Part shown: piece by piece, positions 29,019 through 38,789 of the stretch
How the letters are laid out: each line of letters opens with the position of its first letter
Position numbering within the stretch: position 1 is the first letter of the stretch
Made by a program: the position numbers and the translations under genes
Sequence record: DRR723986_9380
Direction: 5' to 3' (one strand)
Length of the DNA stretch: 64,000 nt
The notes under the pieces: generated by a model
The model's database searches: none
What the model saw: the letters and a program-made list of their open reading frames with translations, nothing else
What the model was told of the DNA's origin: nothing

Positions 29019-30533
29019 TTAAAACTTACCATTGAAACTTATACGTAATTTACGGTTATATTCTTCAAATAACCAATCTTTATAGTTTTGGGTGCTATTC
29101 ATAATACAGTAACAATATTGCTTAATACGATAAGCTATTTCGTCTTGTAGTAATTTAGTTAAATCTCTGGCATCAAAGACATCTTCACTATTTTCAATAC
29201 ATATTTTTGAATGTTGCTCAATTGAACGCTCTATAACGGTAAAAGATTTTTTACCAGAATTTACCACCGTTTTATATTCAGCCTTTACATCAAAATCTAA
29301 TGACTCAGATTTCTTAAATTTTTCTTTTATAGATTCGGGCATTTCATATATAAAATCCCGTTCTAAAGCTTCATCATCTGTTATATTTTCAAGATAAAAA
29401 TCTGGATATTTAAAAATATGCCGCCAATCTACAGGTTGGTTCCAAGGACCAAAACGCGCAATATTATTACCTAAATCAATAACTTGAAACTTTGTTCTAT
29501 TCTTATAAATACGACTTCCACGTCCTATCATTTGAAAATATAACGTAAGTGATCTTGTCGCTCTGTTTAATATAATAGATTCTACTGATGGTTCGTCGAA
29601 TCCGGTTGTGAGGATACTTACAGAAGATAAGACAGCATCTGGTGTGTCTTTAAACCACTTAAGAATATCTTTTCGTTCTTGTTTACTTGCTGTGTTATCT
29701 AAATGTTGCACATTATAACCCGCTTTTTTAAAGGTATAATACACTTCCTTAGACGTATAAATACCGTTATTAAAAATTAAAGTCTTCTTTCCTTTAGCCA
29801 GCTCTTCATATGCTAACAGAAGTTTTGATTGCATTAAACTATTGGTATAAAGCGCTTCTGAAGATTTTACAGTATAATCACCGTTAATTCCTATTTTTAA
29901 AGACGTTAATCCTACATCATAATGATATAACTCCACATCAGCTAAAAAACCGTTTTGAATAAGTGTAGAGATATCATCGCCAACAATAAGCTTATCGTAA
30001 TTATCCTTCATTGGTAGCTTTATATTACTACTTAAAGGTGTAGCGGTAACACCAAGTATAAAGCAATTTTCAAAGAATTTGAATAATTTTCTAAACGAAT
30101 TGTAGTGAGCTTCATCAATAATGACCAACCCAATATTTTTAAGCTCAAAATCTTTATCTGATAATCGATTGTTAAGTGTTTCGACCATGGCAACAAAGCA
30201 TTGGTAATCGTCTTGATCTGGCAAGGTCTTTACCTTACTGTTTATAACCTTATTCTTTACTTTAAATCCAGATAATACGTTAGATGTCTGTTTGCACAAT
30301 TCTATTCTATGTGTAAGAATAACAACCTTTTTCTTATGCTTTTCTATATAGCGTCTTACAATTTCAGAGAATATTACTGTCTTTCCTCCACCAGTTGGTA
30401 ACTGATAAAGCAAATTAAAATCATCAGATTCTTCTCGCATTACATCGAAAATGCGGTTTAGGTCTTTTATTTGATAATCATAAAGACTTTTTTCTGATGC
30501 AGTTTTTAATTCTGTAGCTGTTTCTGATGACAT
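29019..30533 (-). CDS. SF2 DEAD/DEAH-box helicase (RadD/YejH-like)
   Basis: QLPTGGGKT, DEAH, TATP, TTGFDEP and QMIGRGSR. Start moved to ATG 30533 because the longer ORF overlaps exbD and the promoter region. Confidence 0.9.
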   Translation of the reverse strand: MSSETATELKTASEKSLYDYQIKDLNRIFDVMREESDDFNLLYQLPTGGGKTVIFSEIVRRYIEKHKKKVVILTHRIELCKQTSNVLSGFKVKNKVINSKVKTLPDQDDYQCFVAMVETLNNRLSDKDFELKNIGLVIIDEAHYNSFRKLFKFFENCFILGVTATPLSSNIKLPMKDNYDKLIVGDDISTLIQNGFLADVELYHYDVGLTSLKIGINGDYTVKSSEALYTNSLMQSKLLLAYEELAKGKKTLIFNNGIYTSKEVYYTFKKAGYNVQHLDNTASKQERKDILKWFKDTPDAVLSSVSILTTGFDEPSVESIILNRATRSLTLYFQMIGRGSRIYKNRTKFQVIDLGNNIARFGPWNQPVDWRHIFKYPDFYLENITDDEALERDFIYEMPESIKEKFKKSESLDFDVKAEYKTVVNSGKKSFTVIERSIEQHSKICIENSEDVFDARDLTKLLQDEIAYRIKQYCYCIMNSTQNYKDWLFEEYNRKLRISFNGKF

Positions 30534-30671
30534 ATAAGCTATTTGGTGCTTTGTTAATTTTGCAAAAATAGCATATTGTAAGTGTTTTTTCATTGCATTG
30601 TTAATAACCTTTAACAAGATTGGTATTGTTATTGTGCCTAATAAACCATTAACATTTAAATACAATTTATT

Positions 30672-31241
30672 ATGAAATCTTTTAGAAGACAATCAGCAAC
30701 GGTCAATGCTGGTTCTATGGCAGATATTGCCTTTTTATTACTTATTTTCTTTTTGGTAACCACAACTATTTCAGCTGACAAAGGAATACTAAGAAAGTTA
30801 CCAAGTGAATGTCCTCCTGGTCAAATATGTTCTGATAATGTTGCAGAGCGAAATCTATTACGTGTATCAATTAATAGTAATCAAGAAATTATGATTGAAG
30901 ATAAAATTGTTATGGTTGAAGAAATAAGACAAATAGTTAAGTCTTTCGTAGACAACAATGGTAAGTCTTTATGCGACTATTGTGAAGGCGATAAATTGCC
31001 CAATTCATCAGATCATCCAAAAGCTGCAGTAATCTCATTAAGTCATGATGCTATGACAAAGTACCAATTATTCGTAACTGTACAAGATGAGATTACGAAG
31101 GGTTATTATGATTTAAGAAAAAGCTATGCCATAACTCAATTTAATAAGCTACCAGAAGTGCTTTCTGAGGAAGAAATTAAACAAGTTAAAAAGGCGTATC
31201 CATTTATTGTGTCAGAAGTTTTAGTTACACAAACTAATTAG
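30672..31241 (+). CDS. exbD: ExbD/TolR-family biopolymer transport protein
   Basis: NAGSMADIAFLLLIFFLVTTTI transmembrane signature. Confidence 0.9.
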   Translation: MKSFRRQSATVNAGSMADIAFLLLIFFLVTTTISADKGILRKLPSECPPGQICSDNVAERNLLRVSINSNQEIMIEDKIVMVEEIRQIVKSFVDNNGKSLCDYCEGDKLPNSSDHPKAAVISLSHDAMTKYQLFVTVQDEITKGYYDLRKSYAITQFNKLPEVLSEEEIKQVKKAYPFIVSEVLVTQTN

Positions 31242-31650
31242 TAATTGAGTCTTTAATACTATAACAATACTCAATGTTCACCTTCTTTTTGCCCCATTTT
31301 TTAGCTTTTTTTGCATCTACGCCCATGTAAATATCTATTCGTTTTTTCCAACGTCTATTCATTTTATCTTTTACAATAAATAAACTATCAAATCCTTCTA
31401 TTTTTACTTTTGTGTTATGAATTAAACCTGAATCTAATAAATCTCTAGAAACTGCTATATACTTCAAGCCAGGTTTTAAACTATCTCCAAATGCTGTAAT
31501 GTGAGGATTAGAACTTGTTTGATATGCTAATGAATTATAGGCAGTTGCAGTAACTGTGAACTTTTTATGTATACAATCAATTGTTTCTTTTTTTACGCAA
31601 TTTGTTAATTGAAACAAAACAATTATTGCTATGCCATGGAACCGATTCAT
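31234..31650 (-). CDS. 3D-domain (MltA-like) lipoprotein
   Basis: VTATAYNS, IAVSRDL, VKDKM and RIDIYMG motifs; N-terminal lipobox-like LTNC. Confidence 0.85.
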   Translation of the reverse strand: MNRFHGIAIIVLFQLTNCVKKETIDCIHKKFTVTATAYNSLAYQTSSNPHITAFGDSLKPGLKYIAVSRDLLDSGLIHNTKVKIEGFDSLFIVKDKMNRRWKKRIDIYMGVDAKKAKKWGKKKVNIEYCYSIKDSITN

Positions 31651-31712
31651 TAATATAAAGATACATTTTAAAGTTAAAAAATGTTAAATCATTACTATGT
31701 TATACAAAGTAC

Positions 31713-31740
31713 TGTAACATTTTCTTTCTGTTGTCGTCTA
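31713..31740 (+). promoter_or_regulatory. ECF sigma-factor promoter (TGTAAC-N16-CGTCTA)
   Basis: TGTAAC at 31713-31718 and CGTCTA at 31735-31740 give the classic AAC…CGT ECF arrangement, 31 nt before an ATG. Confidence 0.65.
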
Positions 31741-31771
31741 TATAGTATAAATCAATTAAAAACAAAAAATC

Positions 31772-31858
31772 ATGAGAACTTTAAACAGCAATCAATTAAC
31801 AAGTACTTCTAAAGAAACAAAAAGTTTTACTTGGAACAGTAAAAGACGTTATAGATAA
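31772..31858 (+). CDS. Small ORF, 28 aa: MRTLNSNQLTSTSKETKSFTWNSKRRYR
   Basis: Follows the ECF promoter; A-rich leader AATCAATTAAAAACAAAAAATC typical of Bacteroidota translation starts; not in the ORF track. Confidence 0.6.
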   Translation: MRTLNSNQLTSTSKETKSFTWNSKRRYR

Positions 31859-31893
31859 TAACGTAACATTCATCAATCATTAAATCAAGTATT

Positions 31894-31965
31894 ATGAGAA
31901 CTTTGTCTAAAATTGTCAATACATCTAACAGCTTAGATGATGACTTAGAAACTATTAAACTATGA
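31894..31965 (+). CDS. Small ORF, 23 aa: MRTLSKIVNTSNSLDDDLETIKL
   Basis: Leader CATTAAATCAAGTATT; shares the first 11 nt (ATGAGAACTTT) with the preceding sORF; followed by a terminator. Confidence 0.55.
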   Translation: MRTLSKIVNTSNSLDDDLETIKL

Positions 31966-31996
31966 ATTGGACTAATCACCTATTCAAAAATTAAAG

Positions 31997-32027
31997 AAGC
32001 CAATACAGTTAATGTGTTGGCTTTTTT
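31997..32027 (+). terminator. Intrinsic terminator closing the small-ORF unit
   Basis: AGCCAATAC-agttaat-GTGTTGGCT followed by TTTTT. Confidence 0.8.
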
Positions 32028-32034
32028 ATTACCT

Positions 32035-32060
32035 AAAAAAACCAGCAAAAGCTGGCTTTT
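32035..32060 (-). terminator. Intrinsic terminator for hsp20
   Basis: CCAGC-aaaa-GCTGG hairpin preceded by A7, giving a T-run on the minus strand. Confidence 0.65.
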
Positions 32061-32081
32061 CAATTAACAATAATTTACAAA

Positions 32082-32561
32082 TTATGAAATCTTAATTTGT
32101 TTTATAGGTTTCTTTTTAGCCTCATCGCGCTTTGGCAATAAAACCTTTAATAATCCTTCTTCATATTTTGCTTTTATTTTTTCTGTTTCTACAGTTTCAG
32201 GCAATGAGAATTTACGTTTAAAAGAAGAATAACCAAACTCACGACGCGTGTAGTTTTCATCAGAGTCTTCATTTTCAGTATTTAATTCTGCAGAAATTGA
32301 CAGCATTTGATTGTCTATACTTACATCAAAATCTGATTTTTTTAAACCAGGCACTGCCATTTCAACTATATATTCTTCATCATTGTCTAAAACATTAACA
32401 GCAGGTAGTGTAATACCTGTATTAAAATTAGAAACAAATTCGTTTCCAAAATTAGAATTAAAAATATCATCTATCCAAGATGATATATTCGGTAGTGATC
32501 TAAAACCTAAATTAGAATTGCCTTCACTACCATTTTTTACAGATGGAATTAAATTACTCAT
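32082..32561 (-). CDS. Hsp20/alpha-crystallin small heat-shock protein
   Basis: PAVNV, EMAVPGLKK, RREFGYSSFKRKFSLP and AKYEEGLLKVLLPK. Confidence 0.95.
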   Translation of the reverse strand: MSNLIPSVKNGSEGNSNLGFRSLPNISSWIDDIFNSNFGNEFVSNFNTGITLPAVNVLDNDEEYIVEMAVPGLKKSDFDVSIDNQMLSISAELNTENEDSDENYTRREFGYSSFKRKFSLPETVETEKIKAKYEEGLLKVLLPKRDEAKKKPIKQIKIS

Positions 32562-32604
32562 AAGTTTTAAATTTTAATTAAACATATATTTCACCTATTT
32601 CTAA

Positions 32605-32665
32605 GCAAAATAAATGCCATCCAAATTAACCTTAAAATTTTTCATATAATCTGACAAAATTACAG
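32605..32665 (-). promoter_or_regulatory. Sigma-54 -24/-12 promoter plus upstream palindromic box for hsp20
   Basis: Minus strand TGGCATTTATTTTGC (exact GG-N10-GC) at 32619-32605; imperfect palindrome CTGACAAAATTACAG at 32651-32665. Confidence 0.65.
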
Positions 32666-32702
32666 TTAAAACACTAATAACGTGGTGAGTAGGAAGGTTA
32701 AA

Positions 32703-34703
32703 TTAATAAGCAATAAGATTAATTAAAGCTTGTTCAAATTTACCTTTCGATAAATACTGATCTTCAAGTTTCGCTGCAAAAGGAATTGGTGTTTCGATAC
32801 TAGCAACTCGCTTTACTGGTGCGTCTAAATACTCAAAACACTCTTCCATAATCATTGCAGAAATATCACTTGCAATACCACCAAACGCAGAGTCTTCTTG
32901 TAAAATTATGACCTTACCTGTTTTCTTAACGGAGTTGAAAATAGTTTCTTTGTCTAAAGGGTGAAGAGTTCTAAGGTCTATTAAATCAGCAGAAATATCA
33001 GGATTGTTTTCCAAAACTTCTAGGGCCCAATGTACACCAGCACCATAGGTGATAATAGAAATAGTTTCTCCTTCTTTTAAATGAGCTGCTTTGCCAAGTG
33101 GTAAAGTATAATAGTTACTTGGAACATTTTGCCTTATGCTTCTATATAGTGCTTTATGTTCAAAAAATAATACTGGATTTGGGTCATTTATAGCAGTTGC
33201 TAGTAAGCCTTTGGCATCATAAGGAAATGCAGGATAAACGACTTTAAGACCTGGTGTTTTTGTAAACCATGCTTCATTAGTTTGAGAATGGAAAGGACCA
33301 GCTGCTACTCCGGCACCACATGGCATTCTAACAACAACATCTGCTTGCTGCTCCCAGCGATAGTGAGATTTTGCTAGGTAATTTACAATAGGATTAAATC
33401 CTGAAGTCACAAAATCTGAAAACTGCATTTCTACAACCGCTTTCATACCAGCAATAGATAAGCCCATGCCTGCTTCTACAATAGCAGATTCACAAATAGG
33501 TGTATTTCGTATTCTATCCTTACCAAATTTCTCTACAAAACCTTCCGTGATTTTAAAAACACCTCCATATTCAGCAATATCTTGTCCCATAATTACAAGA
33601 TCTTTATGCTTTTCCATTGATTGTTTTAAGCCTTCAGAAATGGCATCAATAAGCCGTAGTTCTTTAGTTTTGTCATTAGGCTTAACCTCCTCATATTTAA
33701 ATGTTTTAAATACATCATTTAATTCGGTACTTAAGTCTGGTGTAATTTCTTCTTCTGCATAAGCGGTTTCTAAAGCAGCATCAATATCTTCCTTTATCTT
33801 GGTCGAATATTCCTCATCTAATTTTGTGTCTAAAATTTTGTTATAGTATAAATAATTACGGAAGTTTTCGATAGGGTCTTTTGTTTCCCATTCATTCATT
33901 AATTCTTTAGGAACATATTTTGTACCGCTTGCCTCTTCGTGACCTCTACGTCTAAAGGTTTTAAATTCTATTAAAATTGGTCTGGGACGCTTTCTTATAC
34001 TTTCTGCAAGTTTTTTAACCTTTGTATAGGTTTCTACAATATTATTACCATCAAGAATAAAAGATTCCATACCATAGCCCTTACCTCTATCTGCTAAATG
34101 CTTACAACGATATTGTTCATTAGTTGGAGTTGAAAGTCCATAACCATTGTTTTCAATACAAAAAATCACTGGTAATTGCCAAACTGAAGCAACATTCAAT
34201 GCTTCGTGGAAATCTCCTTCGCTAGTCCCTCCTTCTCCTGTAAATACAGTAGTTACTTGGTTGTTGTTTTTTAAAAGATTTGCTAGTGCTATACCATCAG
34301 CTACTCCCAATTGTGGGCCTAAGTGTGAAATCATTCCAACAATATTATACTCTTGTGTACCGAAGTGAAAAGAACGATCTCTACCCTTAGTAAAACCACT
34401 TGCTTTACCTTGCCATTGGCAGAATAAGCGATGTAAAGGAATTTCTCGAGTTGTAAATACTCCAAGATTTCTATGCATAGGTAAAATATATTCACTAGGC
34501 TTTAAAGCCATGGTTACACCTACAGAGATAGCCTCTTGTCCTATACCAGAAAACCATTTAGAAATTTTACCTTGTCGCAATAGAATAAGCATTTTTTCTT
34601 CTATTAATCGAGGCTTAAGCATATTGTAATATAGCTTCAGTAGAGCCTTATTACTTAGGTTGCGTTTGTCGTAGTTAATCTTACTTTTAGATATTGTTGG
34701 CAT
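32703..34703 (-). CDS. 2-oxoacid (branched-chain type) dehydrogenase E1, fused alpha+beta subunits
   Basis: GQEA, TPP-binding GEGGTSEGDFHEALN…ENN, GQDIAEYGGVF, NTPICESAI, HSQTNEAWF and DLRTL. Start placed at ATG 34703. Confidence 0.93.
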   Translation of the reverse strand: MPTISKSKINYDKRNLSNKALLKLYYNMLKPRLIEEKMLILLRQGKISKWFSGIGQEAISVGVTMALKPSEYILPMHRNLGVFTTREIPLHRLFCQWQGKASGFTKGRDRSFHFGTQEYNIVGMISHLGPQLGVADGIALANLLKNNNQVTTVFTGEGGTSEGDFHEALNVASVWQLPVIFCIENNGYGLSTPTNEQYRCKHLADRGKGYGMESFILDGNNIVETYTKVKKLAESIRKRPRPILIEFKTFRRRGHEEASGTKYVPKELMNEWETKDPIENFRNYLYYNKILDTKLDEEYSTKIKEDIDAALETAYAEEEITPDLSTELNDVFKTFKYEEVKPNDKTKELRLIDAISEGLKQSMEKHKDLVIMGQDIAEYGGVFKITEGFVEKFGKDRIRNTPICESAIVEAGMGLSIAGMKAVVEMQFSDFVTSGFNPIVNYLAKSHYRWEQQADVVVRMPCGAGVAAGPFHSQTNEAWFTKTPGLKVVYPAFPYDAKGLLATAINDPNPVLFFEHKALYRSIRQNVPSNYYTLPLGKAAHLKEGETISIITYGAGVHWALEVLENNPDISADLIDLRTLHPLDKETIFNSVKKTGKVIILQEDSAFGGIASDISAMIMEECFEYLDAPVKRVASIETPIPFAAKLEDQYLSKGKFEQALINLIAY

Positions 34704-34848
34704 AATAGTAGTTGAGTAATGATTCAAAAGTAAATAAAATTGTCTCAATATTGCATTATAGCCTACAAATTGTAAATAATTCCGACCTAAATATTTAGAA
34801 GTATTTTAGTTAGATTTGTATATTGATAAAAATTTAAAATAAAATCCA

Positions 34849-35799
34849 ATGGATAGAATACCTAGTGTAGATTTAAAAGATTTCTTATCTGAAGATCCCA
34901 CAAGAAAACAGAAGTTTATTGACGAAATAGGAAAAGCATACCAAGACATTGGTTTTGTTGCTCTAAAGGGTCATTTTTTAGATGACGAATTGGTAGATAA
35001 ATTATATGGAGAAGTAAAAAACTTTTTTAATCTTCCTTTAGAGGTTAAAGAAAGTTATGAAATACCAGGAATTGGAGGTCAAAGAGGATATGTGTCTTTT
35101 GGTAAGGAAAGTGCTAAAGGTAAAAAAGAGGGCGACCTTAAGGAGTTTTGGCACTTTGGCCAATACGTTGAAGATGATGAAGAACGTAAAAAAGAATATC
35201 CTGAAAACGTTGATGTAAAAGAATTACCAGAATTTAATAAAGTGGGTAAGGAAACATACCAAATGTTAGAAAAAACAGCTAAGTACGTTTTACGTGCTTT
35301 GGCACTGCATTTAGACTTAGAAGAGACTTACTTTGATGATTACATACATAATGGTAATTCTATACTTAGGCCAATCCACTATCCACCTATAACAAAAGAA
35401 CCTAAAAATGCTGTTAGAGCAGCTGCACATGGTGATATTAATTTAATTACATTGTTAATGGGTGCCCAAGGAAGAGGATTACAAGTTCAACGACATGATG
35501 GAGAATGGCTAGATGCTATAGCAGAACCAGACGAACTTATGATAAATGTTGGTGATATGTTATCTAGACACACAAACAACAAGTTAAAATCTACAATACA
35601 TCGTGTAGTAAATCCACCAAGAGAGCTTTGGGGAACTTCTCGTTATTCTATTCCATTTTTTATGCATCCAATCAGTGAAATGAAATTAGATGTATTAGAC
35701 AGTTGTGTTGATGATGAAAATCCAAAGCAATTTGAAGATATGACAGCTGGTGAATTTTTAAACCAAAGACTTGTAGAACTAGGACTGATCAAAAAATAA
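34849..35799 (+). CDS. Isopenicillin-N-synthase-family 2OG-Fe(II) oxygenase
   Basis: IPSVDL, HYPP, HGD…H (STIHRV) facial triad and RYS; TAGATTTG promoter at 34811-34818. Confidence 0.92.
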   Translation: MDRIPSVDLKDFLSEDPTRKQKFIDEIGKAYQDIGFVALKGHFLDDELVDKLYGEVKNFFNLPLEVKESYEIPGIGGQRGYVSFGKESAKGKKEGDLKEFWHFGQYVEDDEERKKEYPENVDVKELPEFNKVGKETYQMLEKTAKYVLRALALHLDLEETYFDDYIHNGNSILRPIHYPPITKEPKNAVRAAAHGDINLITLLMGAQGRGLQVQRHDGEWLDAIAEPDELMINVGDMLSRHTNNKLKSTIHRVVNPPRELWGTSRYSIPFFMHPISEMKLDVLDSCVDDENPKQFEDMTAGEFLNQRLVELGLIKK

Positions 35800-36128
35800 T
35801 GGATTTACAAGACCAGTTAAAAAACTTGTTTCCTGATCACGTACCTGAAATAAAAAATGATTCTTCCGAGTCTAAATCAGATATTTGGTTACAAGATGAC
35901 CCGATTATTTGTAAGTACGAAAAACGCAAGGGCAAGCCAATTACTATTTTAGAAGGATATAACGGTGCTACCGAAGATTTTAAAAAATTGGCTAAAACTT
36001 TGAAAACTAAACTTAGTGTTGGAGGTAGTTTTAAGGATGACAAAGTAATTATTCAAGGTGATTACAGGGATAAAATAATGACTATCCTCAAAGACATGGG
36101 ATTCTCAGTAAAACGTGTTGGTGGCTAA
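35799..36128 (+). CDS. SUI1/YciH translation initiation factor
   Basis: EKRKGKPITILEG, LKTKLSVGGSFKD and IQGDYRD…GG. Confidence 0.92.
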   Translation: MDLQDQLKNLFPDHVPEIKNDSSESKSDIWLQDDPIICKYEKRKGKPITILEGYNGATEDFKKLAKTLKTKLSVGGSFKDDKVIIQGDYRDKIMTILKDMGFSVKRVGG

Positions 36129-36131
36129 TTA

Positions 36132-37073
36132 ATGGAACAGAAAATTATTCATATTACAAATGGCAATAGTCTAACCGATTATTTAAGGGAATTAGATTTT
36201 ACAGACGATATACTTACATGGCAAGAAATGTTGTGTGAGGGCCCAACAATACCAGCAATAGCATCAGATGAATTTTTTCAGCTTAGAAGTAATTTTCTAA
36301 TAACTTATTATGATATAGAAGTTGACACTGATGAATTAGAAAAAGAGCTTTCTAAACTAGATCATGCAGATAAATACACTGAAATAAATTTATGGTTCGA
36401 GTATGATTTATTCTGTCATATTAATTTAATAGGTGTTATTAATCTATTGCATCAAAAAGAAATAAATAAGCCCTTATATCTTATCTGTAGCGGAAGAGTT
36501 GAAGGTGAAAAGAATTTAAAAGGCTTAGCCGAGCTGTCACCAGAGCAATTACAAAAACATTATAACCAAAGAGTTTTACTCAATGAATCTGATAAAGAAT
36601 TAGCTATTGCACTATGGAGAACATATTGCGGAACGGATCATAATATTCTTAAACCATATATTGTAACGAAATCTAATTTTAAGTATTTAACGAATTGTCT
36701 AAAGGCACATCTAAAACGCTTTCCACATCAAAAAAGTGGATTGAGTGTATTAGAGGATAATATACTTAGGCTTATTAGAGATAATGAAATTAAATCTAGA
36801 CATCATCTTTTAGGCTATAGTCTTAATTACCAAGGATACTATGGTTTTGGTGATTTGCAACATCGTAGATTAATAGATAGATTGAGTATCTTTTTTGAAG
36901 AAACGGACTCCGGAATTAGTTTAAACAGAGCTGGTCATGAGGCTTTATTAAGAAAAAAGAACTATGCGCCAGAAGTTGGTAATAACATGATCTATGGTGG
37001 TGTACAGCGCTTAGAATATCAGTTTAGTGTTGAAGAAAATAAATTAATTAAAACTATACTACATGCCAATTAA
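36132..37073 (+). CDS. DUF1835-domain protein
   Basis: IHITNG, WQEMLCEGP, LWFEYDLFC and GFGDLQ motifs. Confidence 0.8.
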   Translation: MEQKIIHITNGNSLTDYLRELDFTDDILTWQEMLCEGPTIPAIASDEFFQLRSNFLITYYDIEVDTDELEKELSKLDHADKYTEINLWFEYDLFCHINLIGVINLLHQKEINKPLYLICSGRVEGEKNLKGLAELSPEQLQKHYNQRVLLNESDKELAIALWRTYCGTDHNILKPYIVTKSNFKYLTNCLKAHLKRFPHQKSGLSVLEDNILRLIRDNEIKSRHHLLGYSLNYQGYYGFGDLQHRRLIDRLSIFFEETDSGISLNRAGHEALLRKKNYAPEVGNNMIYGGVQRLEYQFSVEENKLIKTILHAN

Positions 37074-37935
37074 AGATTCTGAACTTATATTAAATCCAGA
37101 TGGTAGTGTTTACCATTTAAATTTAAAGCCAGATGATATTTCTGATACCATTATTTTTGTGGGTGATCAGGATAGGGTTGAAAAAATCACTAAGCATTTT
37201 GATAGTATTGAGTTTAGCACTCAAAAACGCGAATTTAAAACACAAACAGGATACTATAAGGATAGACGTATTACTGTGTTATCTACTGGTATTGGTCCTG
37301 ACAATATAGATATAGTATTAAATGAATTAGATGCCTTAGTAAATATTGATTTAAATACGCGTAAGCCCAAAACTGAGTTAACCAGTTTAAATATTATTAG
37401 AATTGGAACATCTGGGTCTCTTCAAGCTGATATACCAGTTGATGGTTTTGTAATGAGTACTCATGGTCTTGATATTAGCGGAATGTTGCATTTCTATCAA
37501 ATAGATGGTATTAGTAATCCTGAAATTGAAGATGCTTTTATAAAACACACCAATTGGGATAAAAATAAAGCCAGACCTATTATTATTAACAATAGCAAGT
37601 ATTTAGAAAAATATTTTGAAAGTGATATAATGTTTAAAGGGATGACTGGTACAGCAGGTGGATTCTATGGTCCACAGGGCAGAGTATTGAGATTACCACT
37701 ACACGATGCAACTTTGAATTCTAAATTAGACAATTTTAGTTATAAAGAATTCAGAATTACAAATTTTGAAATGGAGACATCTGTAATTTATGGCTTATCA
37801 AAATTATTAGGCCATGAGGCTTTGTCACTAAATGCCATTATAGCAAATAGAGCAAATGGAGACTTTAGTAAAAACCCAAAGAAAACAGTAGAGCAATTAA
37901 TACTATATGCGTTAGAGCGCATTGTAAATATATAA
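37063..37935 (+). CDS. Nucleoside phosphorylase (uridine phosphorylase-like, NP-I family)
   Basis: YHLNL, VGDQDRV, REF, STGIG, RIGTSG, GFYGPQGR and NFEMET. Confidence 0.92.
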   Translation: MPIKDSELILNPDGSVYHLNLKPDDISDTIIFVGDQDRVEKITKHFDSIEFSTQKREFKTQTGYYKDRRITVLSTGIGPDNIDIVLNELDALVNIDLNTRKPKTELTSLNIIRIGTSGSLQADIPVDGFVMSTHGLDISGMLHFYQIDGISNPEIEDAFIKHTNWDKNKARPIIINNSKYLEKYFESDIMFKGMTGTAGGFYGPQGRVLRLPLHDATLNSKLDNFSYKEFRITNFEMETSVIYGLSKLLGHEALSLNAIIANRANGDFSKNPKKTVEQLILYALERIVNI

Positions 37936-38789
37936 TGAGAAAAGTTAATATTGGTGGTGTACCAGAGCATTTTAACCTAGCTTGGTATCTAACTCTTAAA
38001 AATGGTGAATATAAAGCCGAAGATATTAATCTGAGATGGCACGACTACTATGGAGGTACAGGTGCAATGTGCAAAGCCTTACGTTCAGGAGAAATTGATA
38101 TGGCTGTGATTTTAACTGAAGGTGTTATAAAAGATATTATAGCTGGTAATCCCTCTAAAATTGTACAAACCTTTGTTCAATCGCCTTTAATTTGGGGAAT
38201 ACATGTAGCATCAGATTCAAAGTTTCAGACCATAGAGGATCTCAAAAAAACCAGAGCAGCTATTAGCCGTTATGGTTCTGGTTCTCATCTCATGGCATAT
38301 ATAAATGCAAAGAATCATAACTGGGATTTAGAACAGGATTTAAAATTTGAAGTAATTAAAAACTTGAATGGAGCTGTTGAAGGCTTAACTAATGGTGATG
38401 CTGACTATTTTATGTGGGAGAAATTTACCACCAAGCCAATTGTTGATGAAGGTATATTTAGACGCATTGGCAACTGCCCTTCTCCATGGCCGTGCTTCGT
38501 TATTGCTGTTAGAGAGGATTTTATAGAGAATAGTAAAGAGGACTTACAAACAATTCTTAAGATTATTAATCAAACTACAGAAGAGTTTAAATCAATACCA
38601 TGTATCGATAAAACCATTGCTAATAGATACGAGCAAGAGTTAGAAGACGTACAACAATGGTTATCAATTACTGAATGGTCGCAAGAGTTACTCGATGAAG
38701 ATACTATTATGAACGTTCAAGATCAGTTAGCTGACTTAAATATCATCCCAAAAAAGGTGGACTATAAAGATTTAGTTTACAAATTATAA
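37935..38789 (+). CDS. NMT1/THI5-like type 2 periplasmic-binding-fold protein lacking a signal peptide
   Basis: GGVPEHFN, GGTGAM, LTEG, ISRYGSGSHLM, FMWEKFTTKP and PWPCF. Confidence 0.82.
   Translation: MRKVNIGGVPEHFNLAWYLTLKNGEYKAEDINLRWHDYYGGTGAMCKALRSGEIDMAVILTEGVIKDIIAGNPSKIVQTFVQSPLIWGIHVASDSKFQTIEDLKKTRAAISRYGSGSHLMAYINAKNHNWDLEQDLKFEVIKNLNGAVEGLTNGDADYFMWEKFTTKPIVDEGIFRRIGNCPSPWPCFVIAVREDFIENSKEDLQTILKIINQTTEEFKSIPCIDKTIANRYEQELEDVQQWLSITEWSQELLDEDTIMNVQDQLADLNIIPKKVDYKDLVYKL

Noticed and set aside
26818-30533. DUF1853 nuclease-like gene plus helicase as an anti-phage system
   Set aside because: Opposite strands, separated by unrelated genes, in a housekeeping context.
30534-30692. 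N-terminal extension of the helicase ORF (likewise the track starts at 18641, 19699, 27612, 34748 and 39007)
   Set aside because: The extensions cross promoters or neighbouring genes; downstream ATGs give better signal peptides or coupling.
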